DNA of 63,533 nt, counting the filler. It is 13 parts of 13 records of this genome, joined end to end, with 100 filler letters (N's around TTAATTAATTAA, not from the genome) between each part and the next. Parts side by side here need not be neighbours in the genome. Positions count along the whole stretch, not along the records: positions 28,586 to 39,299 come from SRR7504441_8413; positions 39,400 to 42,965 come from SRR7504441_8414; positions 43,066 to 52,606 come from SRR7504441_8426; 10 more parts are not named here. One strand, written 5' to 3'. Below the pieces are notes generated by a model that worked only from the letters and a program-made list of their open reading frames with translations, made no database searches and had not been told where the DNA came from. The stretch's first letter is position 1. Each line of letters starts with the position of its first letter. Made by a program: the position numbers and the translations under genes. Shown here piece after piece: positions 32,176 to 44,202 of the stretch.

Positions 32176-33762
32176 CTAGATGCCGGCTTCGCGCTTTTTA
32201 GGACCGAGCACAAAGTCGCGCAACACCGTTGTGAGCTGCCGCTCCACCACTTGCTGGGAGGGGCTGCCTGCAAGATTGACATTCTCATAACGATCGCCGT
32301 CGATCCCACTCGCCTCTCCAGCGTGACTGTACAGCTCGACGCCCCTAACATCGCTCCAGTTGACTTTGTTAGATGACGAGTTCCAGCCCATCCAGCGGGT
32401 CAGCCGAAAGCTTTCACTTCGCACACTGTAGCCCATCACGGCAAATTGATCAGCAGGTGTCATGGTGCACTGATTCCCAACGTCGATCGGCTTGCTCGCA
32501 TTGTTGTCAGCGTAACACCGCGGATACTGTGAGAAGGCGTGAGCCTTGCCCGAGAGTGACTCGTTGGCTTGTAGCACAGGCATGAATGACACGCCGTCCA
32601 ACGGCTGCGGATCAAGAGGCGGCTTGATGCCCGCAAGATCCAGCAGAGTGGGGTATATGTCTATTAGCTCAACAAGCGCCTTGCTGCGTCGGCCGTGGCT
32701 CTGGGGCAGCCAAGGCACGTGAATCAGCGCAGGCACCCGGGCGACGAGCTCAAAATTGCTTTGTTTGCACCACATGGAGTGCTCACCTAGATGCCAGCCG
32801 TGGTCGGACACAAACACGATCACCGTGTTTCGCGCCAGCCCGGCAGCCTCCAGGCGCCGGAGCACCCGACCGATCAAATGATCCATCCAGGAGCTAGCCG
32901 CCGCATACGCCCACCGCCGCTGCTGTATGGCAGCATCGGGCAGCGGGCGTGTGGCGTTAAAGCAGCTCTCTGGTTGGGCCTTGTCGCCGCACTGGAACTC
33001 ACACAAATAGTAAGCGAGTGGTGGTACATCCGACCCGAGAGTGCGAAAGGCGGGCAGCGGCATCTGGTGAGCCGGCAGTTGCTGGCTGAAGAAGCGGGAG
33101 GGTACCAACCAGGGCACGTGGGGCTTATGCAGCCCGAGAGCGAGGAAGAACGGCCGGCCAGGCGACATGGCAAACTGATCGATGAGTCTCTCGGCCTGGC
33201 TGGTCAGGTTGCCGTCTATGAACCGCTCGTCAGGCATGTCACACTGTGTGAAGGTGAGATTGTCCGTTAGCACCACTCGACTGCACGGCTTGTTGACGGC
33301 GTGGTAGTACGGTTCACTCCAGGAAGCGCAGTCGGTTGGGAAGTCCGCACAGTCGTCCTTTGCCGGCTGCCCAGGGTGATAGACTTTGCCGAGCCCAGCG
33401 GTGCGATACCCCGCTCGCTTGAACGCCTGCGGCAGCGCAGTCCACCGCGGGCCGTCCGGCAGATCCCGGAACGACGACTTGAAGTTCCAGACCTTGGTGA
33501 CGTCCGGGCGCCGGCCTGACATGAACGAGTTGCGCGACGGCGAACACACGCCTTGCTGGCAGAACGCCCGGGCCAGCAGCGTGGACCGGGCGGCCAGCGA
33601 GTCCAGCGCCGGTGTGCGCAGCGCCGGGGACAGCGCGGCCTGTGGGTCACTGAAGGCTCCCACGGCTGGCGAGCGCAGGTCGTCAACCACCAGGAGCAAC
33701 ACGTTCGGCCGGCTGGCGGCCGCAGCACAGCACAGCAGCCAGACCAGGCCGTGCGCAAACAT
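32176..33762 (-). CDS. Secreted formylglycine-dependent sulfatase (iduronate-2-sulfatase-like), intronless
   Basis: Motifs RPNVLLLVVDDLR, CSPSRNSFMSGRRPD (CxPxR), GYRTAGLGKVYH, HKPHVP and SDHGWHLGEH. Confidence 0.95.
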   Translation of the reverse strand: MFAHGLVWLLCCAAAASRPNVLLLVVDDLRSPAVGAFSDPQAALSPALRTPALDSLAARSTLLARAFCQQGVCSPSRNSFMSGRRPDVTKVWNFKSSFRDLPDGPRWTALPQAFKRAGYRTAGLGKVYHPGQPAKDDCADFPTDCASWSEPYYHAVNKPCSRVVLTDNLTFTQCDMPDERFIDGNLTSQAERLIDQFAMSPGRPFFLALGLHKPHVPWLVPSRFFSQQLPAHQMPLPAFRTLGSDVPPLAYYLCEFQCGDKAQPESCFNATRPLPDAAIQQRRWAYAAASSWMDHLIGRVLRRLEAAGLARNTVIVFVSDHGWHLGEHSMWCKQSNFELVARVPALIHVPWLPQSHGRRSKALVELIDIYPTLLDLAGIKPPLDPQPLDGVSFMPVLQANESLSGKAHAFSQYPRCYADNNASKPIDVGNQCTMTPADQFAVMGYSVRSESFRLTRWMGWNSSSNKVNWSDVRGVELYSHAGEASGIDGDRYENVNLAGSPSQQVVERQLTTVLRDFVLGPKKREAGI

Positions 33763-33858
33763 CAGCGTGCTCAATTGTCGAGCTCGACCTCGTGCCCGCT
33801 GTTGCCGCTATGATCGTGCCGTTATTCGGTTGTCCAGCGCTCGCTCTGACCTGCGACG

Positions 33859-36800
33859 ATGGCGGCTAGGCTGGTGGTGCTCCTGGCGGTGCTGGCGGTG
33901 CTGGTGGCACCGTCGTGGCAGGAGGAGGAAGAGTGCGCGGTCCCGACGGTGGGGACAGCCCGGCACCAGGAGTCGACCTCCACTGCGTCGATCGGCTTCT
34001 TCTGGTTTATCCAGATCTATATCGTGCTCTTCTTCCTGTTTGGTTTCTACTGCAGGGCCCAACGGACCGCCGGCTCCCCCTTCTTCGTGGAGGAGCAGGA
34101 TAAGCGTGCCGGCAAGTTCGGAATCCGAGGCAGGGGCCGGGGCTGCGCCCTGCCGCGGCCGTTGTTCCCGCGCAAGGTGGGTTACCTCCGCCTGTGCACT
34201 GCGGGGCTGCAATCGGGTGAGCGGGCGGCGGCAGGTGCCGATCCTGGAGACCTACCAAGATGTTCTGTGGAGCGCCGCGCTGATTGTGCAAGCGATGCTC
34301 TGGTGGGCCAGCCTGCCGGCCGGGCCGACCGCTCGGACAGGTCCTCGTTCTTCCAGTCTGTGTTCGCTGTCGTGTACTGGCACGTCAAGGGCGGGGGCGA
34401 GCCGACCAATGAGTGCCCCGAGCGGATCGGCACATACAGCTGCCGCTTTGAGGCATTAGCAGGCCGCGGCAGCAGGCTCACCCGGTGCAGGGCGAGGAGG
34501 AGGTCGCGGAGTGGGCGATCGTGGTTCCAGCGTTCTTTGCGGCGCTCACCAGCGTGGTGGTGCTTCTGTATGTTTTCGCCAAGCTGTTTTCAGAGTTTTG
34601 GGTCGAGTTTGCCACAGGTTTTGAGCTGATCCGGGCTGTAGAATGACACGGCGGTGCAGGGATCTGCGGTCACTTGCTCGGTTTCCGTTGGCTTGAAGGC
34701 GTGATTTGGAAGATGTACGGTACACTCAAGTTCAAGGACCTGTACTACCAGAATGGCTTCACCGGCCGCTCCTGGGCTGCCTACTCGGGCCCGGACCTGT
34801 CTGAAGAGGCACACAACTGGCTAGGGAATGCAGACGAGGCTGGGAATGCTTTGTCTCGGCTGTGGAACGCCTCCTCGGCAGGATGGGATCAGATGATCGC
34901 GAGCAATGCCTCGCTGGGACCTGAATTGAAGTCCATGGGCGATCGTGTGGTTGGGAATCTCAACAGCACGATGCAGCGCTGGGCCGACCAATACATCGAA
35001 TCCCACAAAAATTCCAGCCACATGGACATCGACACCGAGCACCCCTGGTGAGCGGCTGCTGGCTACCCCGGTCAGCGTGATGGCAGGTGTTTCTTCCTCG
35101 AAGACACGCAAAGATTTGTGTGCTACATCCGAGACTCTTTCCAGGATGGGCAACCGTTCTTCTGGCAGAGTGGAGATTCTTGGAATAACGAACTCGGGCA
35201 GCGAGCATGGAAGTTCTTTGCATTCGGGATACTCTGGTTAGTTTTAGTGCATGGCATCCGGCTGATTCTGGTGTGTTTCAGTATTGCTTTGTTATTCGCT
35301 CTGCGAGGGTGTCATGAGTTTGCCCTCTACTATTTGTTCGATACAAATAAAGAAAAAGAGGAGGCCGACGAGGAGGAGCAGGAAGCCCAAGCCGCTGAGA
35401 ATGAGGTGAAGGTCGCAGAGGCCGCGCTGGCCAACGCCAGGAAGAAAGATAACGCATCAGATATTCTCAAGTGCGAGTCCCGGTTGGCAGATGCCAAGGT
35501 AGTGGCTGAGAAAGAGAGGAAGGAGGCTCTGGAAGCGCTCGAAGAGGTCGAGCAGATGGAAGAAGACTTGGAGGAGTACGACACGGCCATTGAGGATGTT
35601 GTCAACGATGCATCCGGAAACGCCTTTGGCTGGCTCCTCGCTAATCTGATGATTTGGATACTACTCGGGCTTGTAGCTACGATCCAGCCATACCATTATG
35701 GGCTTCAATACGGCACAACCAACCCTGCAATGCTTTTGATATGCGCCTATATCCTTTCCAATTTCCTCAATTGGTTATTCTCACAGATTGAGGTGTGGAA
35801 TATCAACAGAGAAATGAAGATCCTCGACCCTAAGTATGCGGATTATCAGTACACTGATTTCGAAAAGTGGATTGACACATACAGTAAGGGATTTTTGCCC
35901 ACAGCAACTGCCTGGATGCTTGGATATTTGGTGTTCAATCTGAGCCAGCTTATCGCATATATTGCTTCCCGGTCTAACGACGAGCTCGACAGGCTCCGCT
36001 GCTCTGATGGGTTCACTGCTTTCACACCAAACTACCCAGAAAATCTGCAAATACGCGACATCTTTGCCATGACCCCATACAGCAAGTTTGGACTAGCGAT
36101 GCTTATAACTGCAATATTCCTGACCAAACTCACGTTTGCGCGTTACGGAATGATCATCCGTGCAGAGAAGAAAGAGCTCATGAGTGAGGTATACAGGCTG
36201 ATCAGAGACGGTCGCAAGCTCAAGAAGCGACTGCATCTGTTCCGCAAGGCTGCCAGACAGAATGAGACGGCTGCTGACGAGCTGGAGGAAAGGTTGGACC
36301 AAGCGCATCCAGAGGACTTAGAAAAGGAGCAGAGGCTGGATAAGGCGCTGCTGAAGCTCCGACGCGAGCACGAAGAGCACCTCACGCTCCTGATTGATCA
36401 TCTGATCGAGGACGAAACTCGGCTCAAGAAGCACCAGAAACTGGTCAAAAGGAGGGTGGCGGCCAATCAATTCATGGTGTGCTACAACGAGAACGAGGCG
36501 GACTACTACGCGATCGTGATTGGTCTGTCGTTTGAGGCTGTGGTGAGCCAGCCCTTGACCTGATGTGACTGTGATTGATGCAGATTGACGCGCTGACCAA
36601 ATACTTTGCAAGCTGCGATTTCCTGCACTCTGTCGGCACCGAGGCCTACCAAAAGTGTCAAGAATACACCCCTCTTGAGAACGCAGAGATTTTACTGCTC
36701 TCAAACTTTATTGGTGCCATGGGAACCATGCTGGTTATCATGGCTGTGTTGCTTACCGTTCATCGGCTCGATTTGATTAGCCACGAGCACGAGCTCAACG

Positions 36801-37159
36801 CCAACGATTGCAAAGGCGATGATATTGTTATGTTCGACGACTCTGAGGAGGAAGAAAAGGACTGGGACAGACCGATCACTCCTCCCCAGGGTGGCGTTCG
36901 GTGCGAGACTGATCAAGTCCTTGTCCGAGCTGGCATGACGGAGTGGTACGACTCCGACGGCCGTCGGCACGGCGGAGTGGCTCCCAGCAACCGTTCCCCG
37001 GATGCTAATGTTATGCCTGTGCTACACTCGCACGGGCATGCAGCCGGCTTTGCTGCCGAGTCAAGCAAGTGGGCAGTCGACAAAGAGAGGTCTGCATTCC
37101 ACTCTCCTGGTACAGACTCGTCGCTGGACTCGCCGCTCCTGCCTGGTGATAATGTTTGA
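33859..37159 (+). CDS. Uncharacterised polytopic membrane protein with a signal peptide and coiled-coil loops (multi-exon)
   Basis: The ORF pieces join through GT-AG introns (e.g. about 35048-35086 and 36543-36583). Many hydrophobic helices and two E/K-rich loops. Confidence 0.65.
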
Positions 37160-37329
37160 TCAAAGCCACCCCAAACTCTCTGAGTACCAAGTCTTGGCCA
37201 TGGTGCTGCTCTCAGAGTTACGTCGTCATACCTATATTAAGGTCAATCCAATCGAGCCCGTGGATGGTAAACAACGCAACATTCAATAAACTATATACTG
37301 GTAATCATCACTATAGTCACTAGTCAATC

Positions 37330-38691
37330 TCATTCAAACCCCTTCGGCAAGTGATGAGCATGACTAAAGCATACTTCAGGCCTCTCGTGCAGAATCCTCG
37401 TGAGTTCCTCAGACGAGTGCCCGGGCACAATCATCCCTGCACCCACCTTCAGCCGGACGCCAACCCACGCAAACAACCTGTCACTTGCATTTTGTGGTAA
37501 AAGTCCACGTAATCTGCAGTGAGGGCCCGTTGCAGCACAAACGCCAGGCAGCCATCGTAGGCCTTGCCTGGGCATTGCCTCGCTGGCTTTAGCAGCCAGC
37601 TCAGGAACCCTGGGTCGCCGAGCTTGAATATCCCGCCCCCGTTCAGCATCGCGTGCACTGCCCCCCGCTCAGCCAGCCCAGCCACTGTTAGCGCCACCGA
37701 GCAACTCGTCGGGATCCCCGGGACTCAGAGGGAGCCGAAACCAATAGTCCTTGGCGCTCTCTGCTGGGCCGGCAGGCATCCGCATCTCACTCCAGAGCGA
37801 TGCGACCCAGTTCTGTCTGATGGGCTGGACGTCCGGTTCCATAAATAGCACGGCCGTGTGCCTGCAAGCGAGCTCCTGGCTGAACATGCTCGTGAAGAAG
37901 TTCCGGGGGGCCCCACAGACGTCCGGTTCGCAATCATATCTATCGACCTCGACCGGCCAGCGCAGCTCTCGGAACCAGACCTTCCCAAAGCAACTGAACA
38001 GGTCCGGCTGGCTCCGCACAAACTGCTGCACTTTAGACAGCGCGCCTGGATGTCGCTCCTCTGACGAGGCCAGTTGGAACAGAAGGTCTACCGAGCCCTC
38101 CTGCGGCTGCCCTGGCTGGCACGGGCGGTACCGGGTCCACCGCTCGAGCACCTCGATCAGGGCATCGGCCTGGAGGGCCGGGTACGGGATCAGGACTACT
38201 GGCGTCCTGTTCTGGGCCGGAGTGGAGCACTTGGTCAGGTCCGGAATCTGCAGCTCCAGCGGCGGGTAGACCGCCAGCGACTGGCGGTACCGGATGGCTT
38301 CGATGCCCGGCTTGATCTGCTCCCGCCAAAACCAGCCGCTGAACCCGGCCAGCACGCTCGTGTGGCAGAGCAGCAGTGCGGACGGCAGCAGCAGCAGCGC
38401 GCAGGCCCGGGCTGGGTTGGCCATCGGGGGCGGCCGGAAGACCACTAGGAGCACCAGCGGCGCCGCCAGCCCCACCAGTACGCTGAACGCGGCCTTCTCG
38501 CCGTTGGCCATGCGCCGGCCGGTAAGCGCCCAGCCCAGTCCCTCGTAGGCCAGGATGAGCACGCAGACCGCCCACCAGCCCCGATCGTCCAGCGATCTCC
38601 GGGTGCGGGACTTGACGCCGTCCACCTCGGGGGGCACCGGGTTGGCCGTCGGGTCCGGGCGGAGCGCCGGGCGGAGGACCGGCCCTTCCAT
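37330..38691 (-). CDS. Membrane-anchored putative glycosyltransferase-like protein (multi-exon)
   Basis: N-terminal TM helices; VLFMEPDVQPIRQNWV; spliced LNGGGIFKLGDPGF; AYD. Confidence 0.55.
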
Positions 38692-38776
38692 CTTCCGCGA
38701 TGACCGAGAGCGATGACCAAGAGCGACCTGCAGATCAGCCAACGCCAACGGAAGCTGATTCCGTTACTGACTGCAC

Positions 38777-38945
38777 GTGCAAGCTCTGCACAGTCAGCAA
38801 GGGATGTGCTCCGGAGACTGGACAGCGGGTGCGATCGTGGATAGAGTTGAGATTCCAAAGAATCTTCCGGCCGGTGATTGGGTGCTCGGCTGGCGGTGGG
38901 ATTACGAAGAGACGGCCCAGATTTGGGCCGGCTGTTCCGACATTC
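38777..38945 (+). pseudogene. Isolated C-terminal fragment of an LPMO-like/chitin-binding-type protein
   Basis: IVDRVEIPKNLPAGDWVLGWRWDYEETAQIWAGCSDI matches the usual 'VP..LP.G.YVL..RWDCE...Q.W..C.DI' end. Stops lie just upstream and there is no room for an N-terminus. Confidence 0.6.
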
Positions 38946-39164
38946 GGACATTACCATCACGGCGTAGTGGATCCGAGACGAGACGAGACTACATTTATAG
39001 TCTTGTTGACCAAGCAATTACGAGTACGAGTACAACGATTCCGTACCGGTACACGCTTTATCACAATGTTTACAAGTTGTATCATAAAATCAAAAGCATT
39101 GAATGTACACGTGTATATAATAGGAGTGGCCAGAGGCCTTCTATCGCTTCTATGCGTGCACTAT

Positions 39165-39299
39165 TCATACAGCCACCGGCTGAATGAATGTGAACGTGTG
39201 ATCGCCGCCACCTTGGAATGGCCGATCCGGATCCAGGCAGCCGTTATCCTTGCCAGGCCGGCTGACCCCATTGATCAAGTGTGTAATCCTGCCCTCCTC
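39165..39299 (-). CDS. C-terminal fragment of a probable beta-propeller glycosidase (truncated by contig end)
   Basis: Reads EEGRITHLINGV...DHTFTFIQPVAV*, resembling the THL.NG...D.T.T..QP end of five-bladed propeller glycosidases. Confidence 0.45.
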   Translation of the reverse strand, partial: EEGRITHLINGVSRPGKDNGCLDPDRPFQGGGDHTFTFIQPVAV

Positions 39300-39450
39300 N
39301 NNNNNNNNNNNNNNNNNNNNNNNNNNNNNNNNNNNNNNNNNNNTTAATTAATTAANNNNNNNNNNNNNNNNNNNNNNNNNNNNNNNNNNNNNNNNNNNNT
39401 TTAAAAAAAAAAAATCTCTTGTTTTAAAAACAACTCGGGCGAGATTTCCT

Positions 39451-42416
39451 ATGGATCCGTTGGAGTCTACGTGTAGGTTCAACACACCGGCGAACAGCTG
39501 CAGACTGCCACGGCTCGCCACGAGGGCTCGAAGCGACGCTTCAGCCTTTGTTCCTCATTGAACGCGTCGAGGTGAGCTTCGGTCCAACCATGCGTCTGGA
39601 ATGGAGCATGGACTCAGTGGCTCCAATGGATGCGCGGGGCTGTGATCTGCCACCTGCGCCCGATCCATGCCGCCCTGGTTGGTTTGCTAGGGCACTCGAG
39701 TCGATTAGCCCCGCTCCTTGCCCTTCTGCGGCCAGCGTGACCCTGCCGGAGCTTGTGTCTGAGGAGTTTGTGATTGGGCCATTACCGATGTCATCCGGAA
39801 CGCGCCTCGGCCCTTTGGGCTGTATCTCACTGCCGCCTCCGCGATTGCTGTTTCGTCCTTATCCTCTGCCCGGACTTCAGCTGGCCGTAACCACCGAATG
39901 CCTGCTCAAACAATGCAGGAACATCCAGGCGCCACCGGACAGACCGACCTGCAGACATTCTCTGATGGAAAGATGCTTCTCTGCGGCAGTTCCTCCACTT
40001 GTCAATCCATCCTCCTGCAAAGAGCTGATGAAACCACAGCAAGTGTCAAAGTCCAAAGGCCCCGAGCTTGAGCTGCTCACGTGTGTCAAGCATCTATCGT
40101 TCCCTCTGGATATCGGCCAGCTTGTTACATTCAGTTGCGCGGGACCGATGCAAACAGTGCCGACTGATATCCAAGGCACGGATGTATCTACATCAGATTC
40201 TCCTTGGATGAATAAGGAGCTCGATCCAGCCGCGATTCCATGGGCAAACACCAGAGAACTCGAGCCGCAGTCAAGCCGGGTGAGCAAAACTGCCACCACT
40301 GTATTTGCTCCACCTTTTGCCGCGGAATTGACAGATAGACTAGTTCCAGCATCGGTGTTCGAATTGCCGCATTCGGTGGCCTCAAGAAAAAAGTTGCTGC
40401 TGCTCGCAGATTCCTACAAGCCAAAGGGGATCCTCGCCAAAATCAGCCGGGAGACGTTCCCAAGGCCATCTGTGGAGTGCAGCAATCTGTCACGTACTGT
40501 GCCGCAAGTTATCCGCCAGAGAATCTTGTCCGGGCTCCCTCTACCACTGTATCCCACCAGAAACCCAGATTTAGCCAAGGTGCTAACGATCCCTGCACTG
40601 CGGGTTTGGGGAACGCCATGCATTCAAGCACCGTTGCAGCCATTATCGCTCATGGATCGGAATTCTGACGAGGGCAGTTCCCAGTTGATCAGCGTGAAAC
40701 GCCCTGGAGCATACCTTGAGTGTATGCGAATCAGTTTCTCAATGACTAGTGAGGCATCTAAAATTCGCAAGTGCCCGGTGACTTTACAACACTTAACTGC
40801 AATTCAGCTGTCCTAACAGAGTGGTGTGTTTCGTCAGCGTCTTCGATTCAAAGGTTCTGCTGTCCAGTTTGTTTGGTGTGGCATAGAATCACAAGAACTT
40901 GATGACGCTGTCACTGCTCTCAATCTCTTTGTCATGCCCAGCCGACCAACCAAGCGCCCTGCTGAACTTGCTGAGCCAGTTGTTGTCAAGAAGCCCCGGG
41001 AAGGTGTAGAGCAGGATTGTGATTTTGGAAATAACCATACAGCTCGGGCAAGGCTCGCACATGTGGCAGCACCCAACCAGCCCAAGATTACGAGCATCAA
41101 TCCAGCCTGTGACGGAGAGTTTCTAGCCTCAGGCGGTATGGGTAGCATTGCCATGGAAGCTGAGGGTGCATATCCGCTACAAAAGGAAGATGCTGAGATT
41201 GTTGCACGACCAGTGTTTTGCAGTAAGGTCCAGGTCGACCAACTATCGGAATTCAGGGCAGCCAAGCAGCTGCAAGCCAGTGGACCGGCACATTCGCAGC
41301 CAGGCCCATCTGTAAAGCCATTGATAACACCTCAGATTGGCAAAGCAGATGTGAGCCAAAAGTTAGCAGCTTTCATGCGCACTAGAGGCAGGCGTGTCCA
41401 TGCTGCTGGATATTGCACTGGGGAGGCCTCACAGGCGAGGCACTTGAGTTTCAGGCCACAGCCCAGTACCACTTCTCAGCCACCGCCACGCATTATCGCT
41501 CCGAAAGCGGCCTCTCCTGCTCCTCACCAAGCATGCCCCACCAAACCCCAGCCACCTATGGCTGTCCAGACCTCTGTAGCATCTGCCGCGTGCCCACATT
41601 CTCCTACTCTCAGCGCACCATTCGGGCATTGCAGCCATGTCAAGTTTGCCAGTCTTAATCCTCAAGAAGCACAGCAGCTCAAGGGAGTGCTACAATACAT
41701 GGAGGGCGAAATGCAGTGCAAACTGGTAGAAGCAGGCTTTGGCAGGTGTCTTACCGTTATTGGCCTTTTGAAACAATGAGGCTGACTGTGCAGAGTCCAG
41801 CTCGGTTCTTTGAGCGAACAGCAGTGGCGAGACTTTTTTCAGAAGGCGAGACAGCGTGTGGAGGCTGATCAAAGCGAGGCCAAAATTTATATTGGGCTCA
41901 TTCTTGCCAAGTCTTTGGAGCAGGTTAGCCGCTAGAACGCCAAGGGATTGATAATTACCTGTGTGTGCAGATAATCCTCAGTGCTAGAAATCCAACACAT
42001 GCGATCAATCTTGCTGGCATTCACTCGTCACTCGTGCAGGTATGGTTTTCATTTTTCCCTATTGATCACAGACTGGCGCAGCTTGTGCATTCTCGCGTCT
42101 GGAATCTTCTTTCGAGAGACGGAAGTAATCTGCGAATTTTTGCTGCAGTCTCTCAATTCGTCAGACCAGTTGGAACAGTGCCATGTGATTTACAGAGGAT
42201 ATTTGTAATCCAGCGAGCTGAAGCAAAGAGTACGCTTTCATATCAGCGCTCAAGCTCCAAAAGCAGCCTTTTGGATTGGAACGGCAAGCCCATTGACTCG
42301 CAATCCTCAAAATGCAGGGTAACCCACAACCGCTCCCTGATGTCTCATTGATGCTAATTATTCAATGACTGCATGCAGCAATCTCAGCTTTTTTTCAAGC
42401 AAGTCAACTCTGCCTG
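39451..42416 (+). CDS. Large uncharacterised low-complexity protein, multi-exon; boundaries uncertain
   Basis: Consecutive long + strand ORFs (39548-40816, 40826-41779, 41965-42351) separated by short intron-like gaps; weaker GC bias than neighbouring contigs. Confidence 0.45.
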
Positions 42417-43162
42417 AGCTCATCAGTGCAACGGAACCACCTCACTCATCTCGTCATTATCAACTTACGTGTGCTGATCACCGCAGATACGGAGCAGAGA
42501 TGGCGAACTTGCCATCATACCGTACAGGGAGCTCTTTATGTAATCATTGCTCTAGACCACAAACATCGATTCGCATGTGCCTCAGAAGCTAGCTATAACA
42601 GCAGCACCGGCCGTAACAGCACAACCCAAGCTCACTGCCGGCTGTGTCCGCATCATATGCACGCATGTTCCGTCCCAATTCACGTAAGAGATTATGCTAA
42701 TTGTGCAAGTCTACAAAACGGCGCAGCTGAACCACATAATCATCTCAATAATTACTCACTACATGTAGTCGAGGCGTAGTCCTCGGCTCAAACCCTAGCA
42801 CCTGTGCGCAATAAACTGATTACTCGTTCTGCCTTTTACCCGTGTCCAGATACATGTAGTGTCCAGACCCAAAGGCCTTATTATCTACGTATAGATCTAC
42901 TTTAGATCTACTTATCTATCATTCTGAGTTTTCAGTCTCATTAGGAGAGTGGCTGTGGCGACCGCNNNNNNNNNNNNNNNNNNNNNNNNNNNNNNNNNNN
43001 NNNNNNNNNTTAATTAATTAANNNNNNNNNNNNNNNNNNNNNNNNNNNNNNNNNNNNNNNNNNNNAGGCCGGCCGGAGCTCGAGGACTCCGACTAATAAC
43101 GCGTACATGCCCCGCCTTGCTGATTCGTTTCCGTTGGGGTGTTGGCGCCACGGTGCGTCAGG

Positions 43163-44162
43163 ATGACCGGCAAGATCAAGCGGCACAAACAGAACCGCAA
43201 GACAATGTTGCACTACCGGATGGCGCATCAGTTTACTGAACCCTACAAGCTGATCGGTGACCGCCGCCCGTCCCCCAGCAAGAGCCGGCCGGCAGTCGAT
43301 GGCCCATTAGTTCACACTGCGCTTGAGGCTAAAGTAGACCTGCGCTCGTCGCTGGACGAGGTCTTCGGTGGCAGAACGCACATCAGTGGCCTCCACGGGG
43401 CTGACCTGCCGGCTGAGTCCGGCCAGGCGCCACCCGCTGCGTGATCACCGAGCTTAAATCGGGGGGCGAGCCGCTGCGGGGGGCCCTGCTGGCGGCCCGA
43501 AGGTTCAGTTGCGTCCAGTGTGGGCACGCCCCAGGCACCGACCCACGGCAGTGCATCCAAGACATCGTCGGTGCCGCGGTCCGGCCCGGCAGTCTCAGCC
43601 GGCGCCAGGTCCAGACAACAAATCCAAGTACTGCGTAGGATCGGCCGACCCGGGTCTACAGGCGAGCTACAGGCCGGCGCGCGGTCAGCCCAGACACAGG
43701 CGGTGCTCCGGCGGCGTGGGTGTGTCCCGTTACTTCGGATCAAGATCAACGTCCCGTCTCTCGAGCCGCCAGCCCCTGTAGCGGCCAAAGCACCCGTGGC
43801 TCCGCAGGTAGGGCCCGTGCCAGCCGGGCCCGCAGCCGGAGGTAGGTGAGCCAGCAGACGCAAGCGCTGATCGACCAGGTGGCCGAGGCCTCCAAGAAGC
43901 GCAGGCGTGGCCCCAGAGAGCCCAACCCGCTCTCATGCAAGGTGCGGGCCCTTGACAAGCAGCCGGGCTCAGGGTGCTGCAGCGAAAAAAACTGGCTAAA
44001 CCGGAGGCCCAGCCACCAGCCAAACCCAAGCCGGCTTCCCAGCAGTCGCCGGTGGCGGACGGGCAACCAGTACCTGGGGCTAGCGGTAAGCGGAGGCGGA
44101 GGAAACGACGACCCAAGGCGAGCAGTAATGATGCAACTAGTGGCGCAAAAGGCGCATCATAA
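43163..44162 (+). CDS. UTP23: rRNA-processing PIN-domain protein UTP23 (multi-exon)
   Basis: KIKRHKQNRK...FTEPYKLI|VDG, CVITEL, CGH, VPLLRI..LEPP, and the signature GPREPNPLSCK|KKK. Confidence 0.85.
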
Positions 44163-44202
44163 ATTAATGTTGGGGTAGAAGTCATTTAATTAATGATAAT
44201 AA

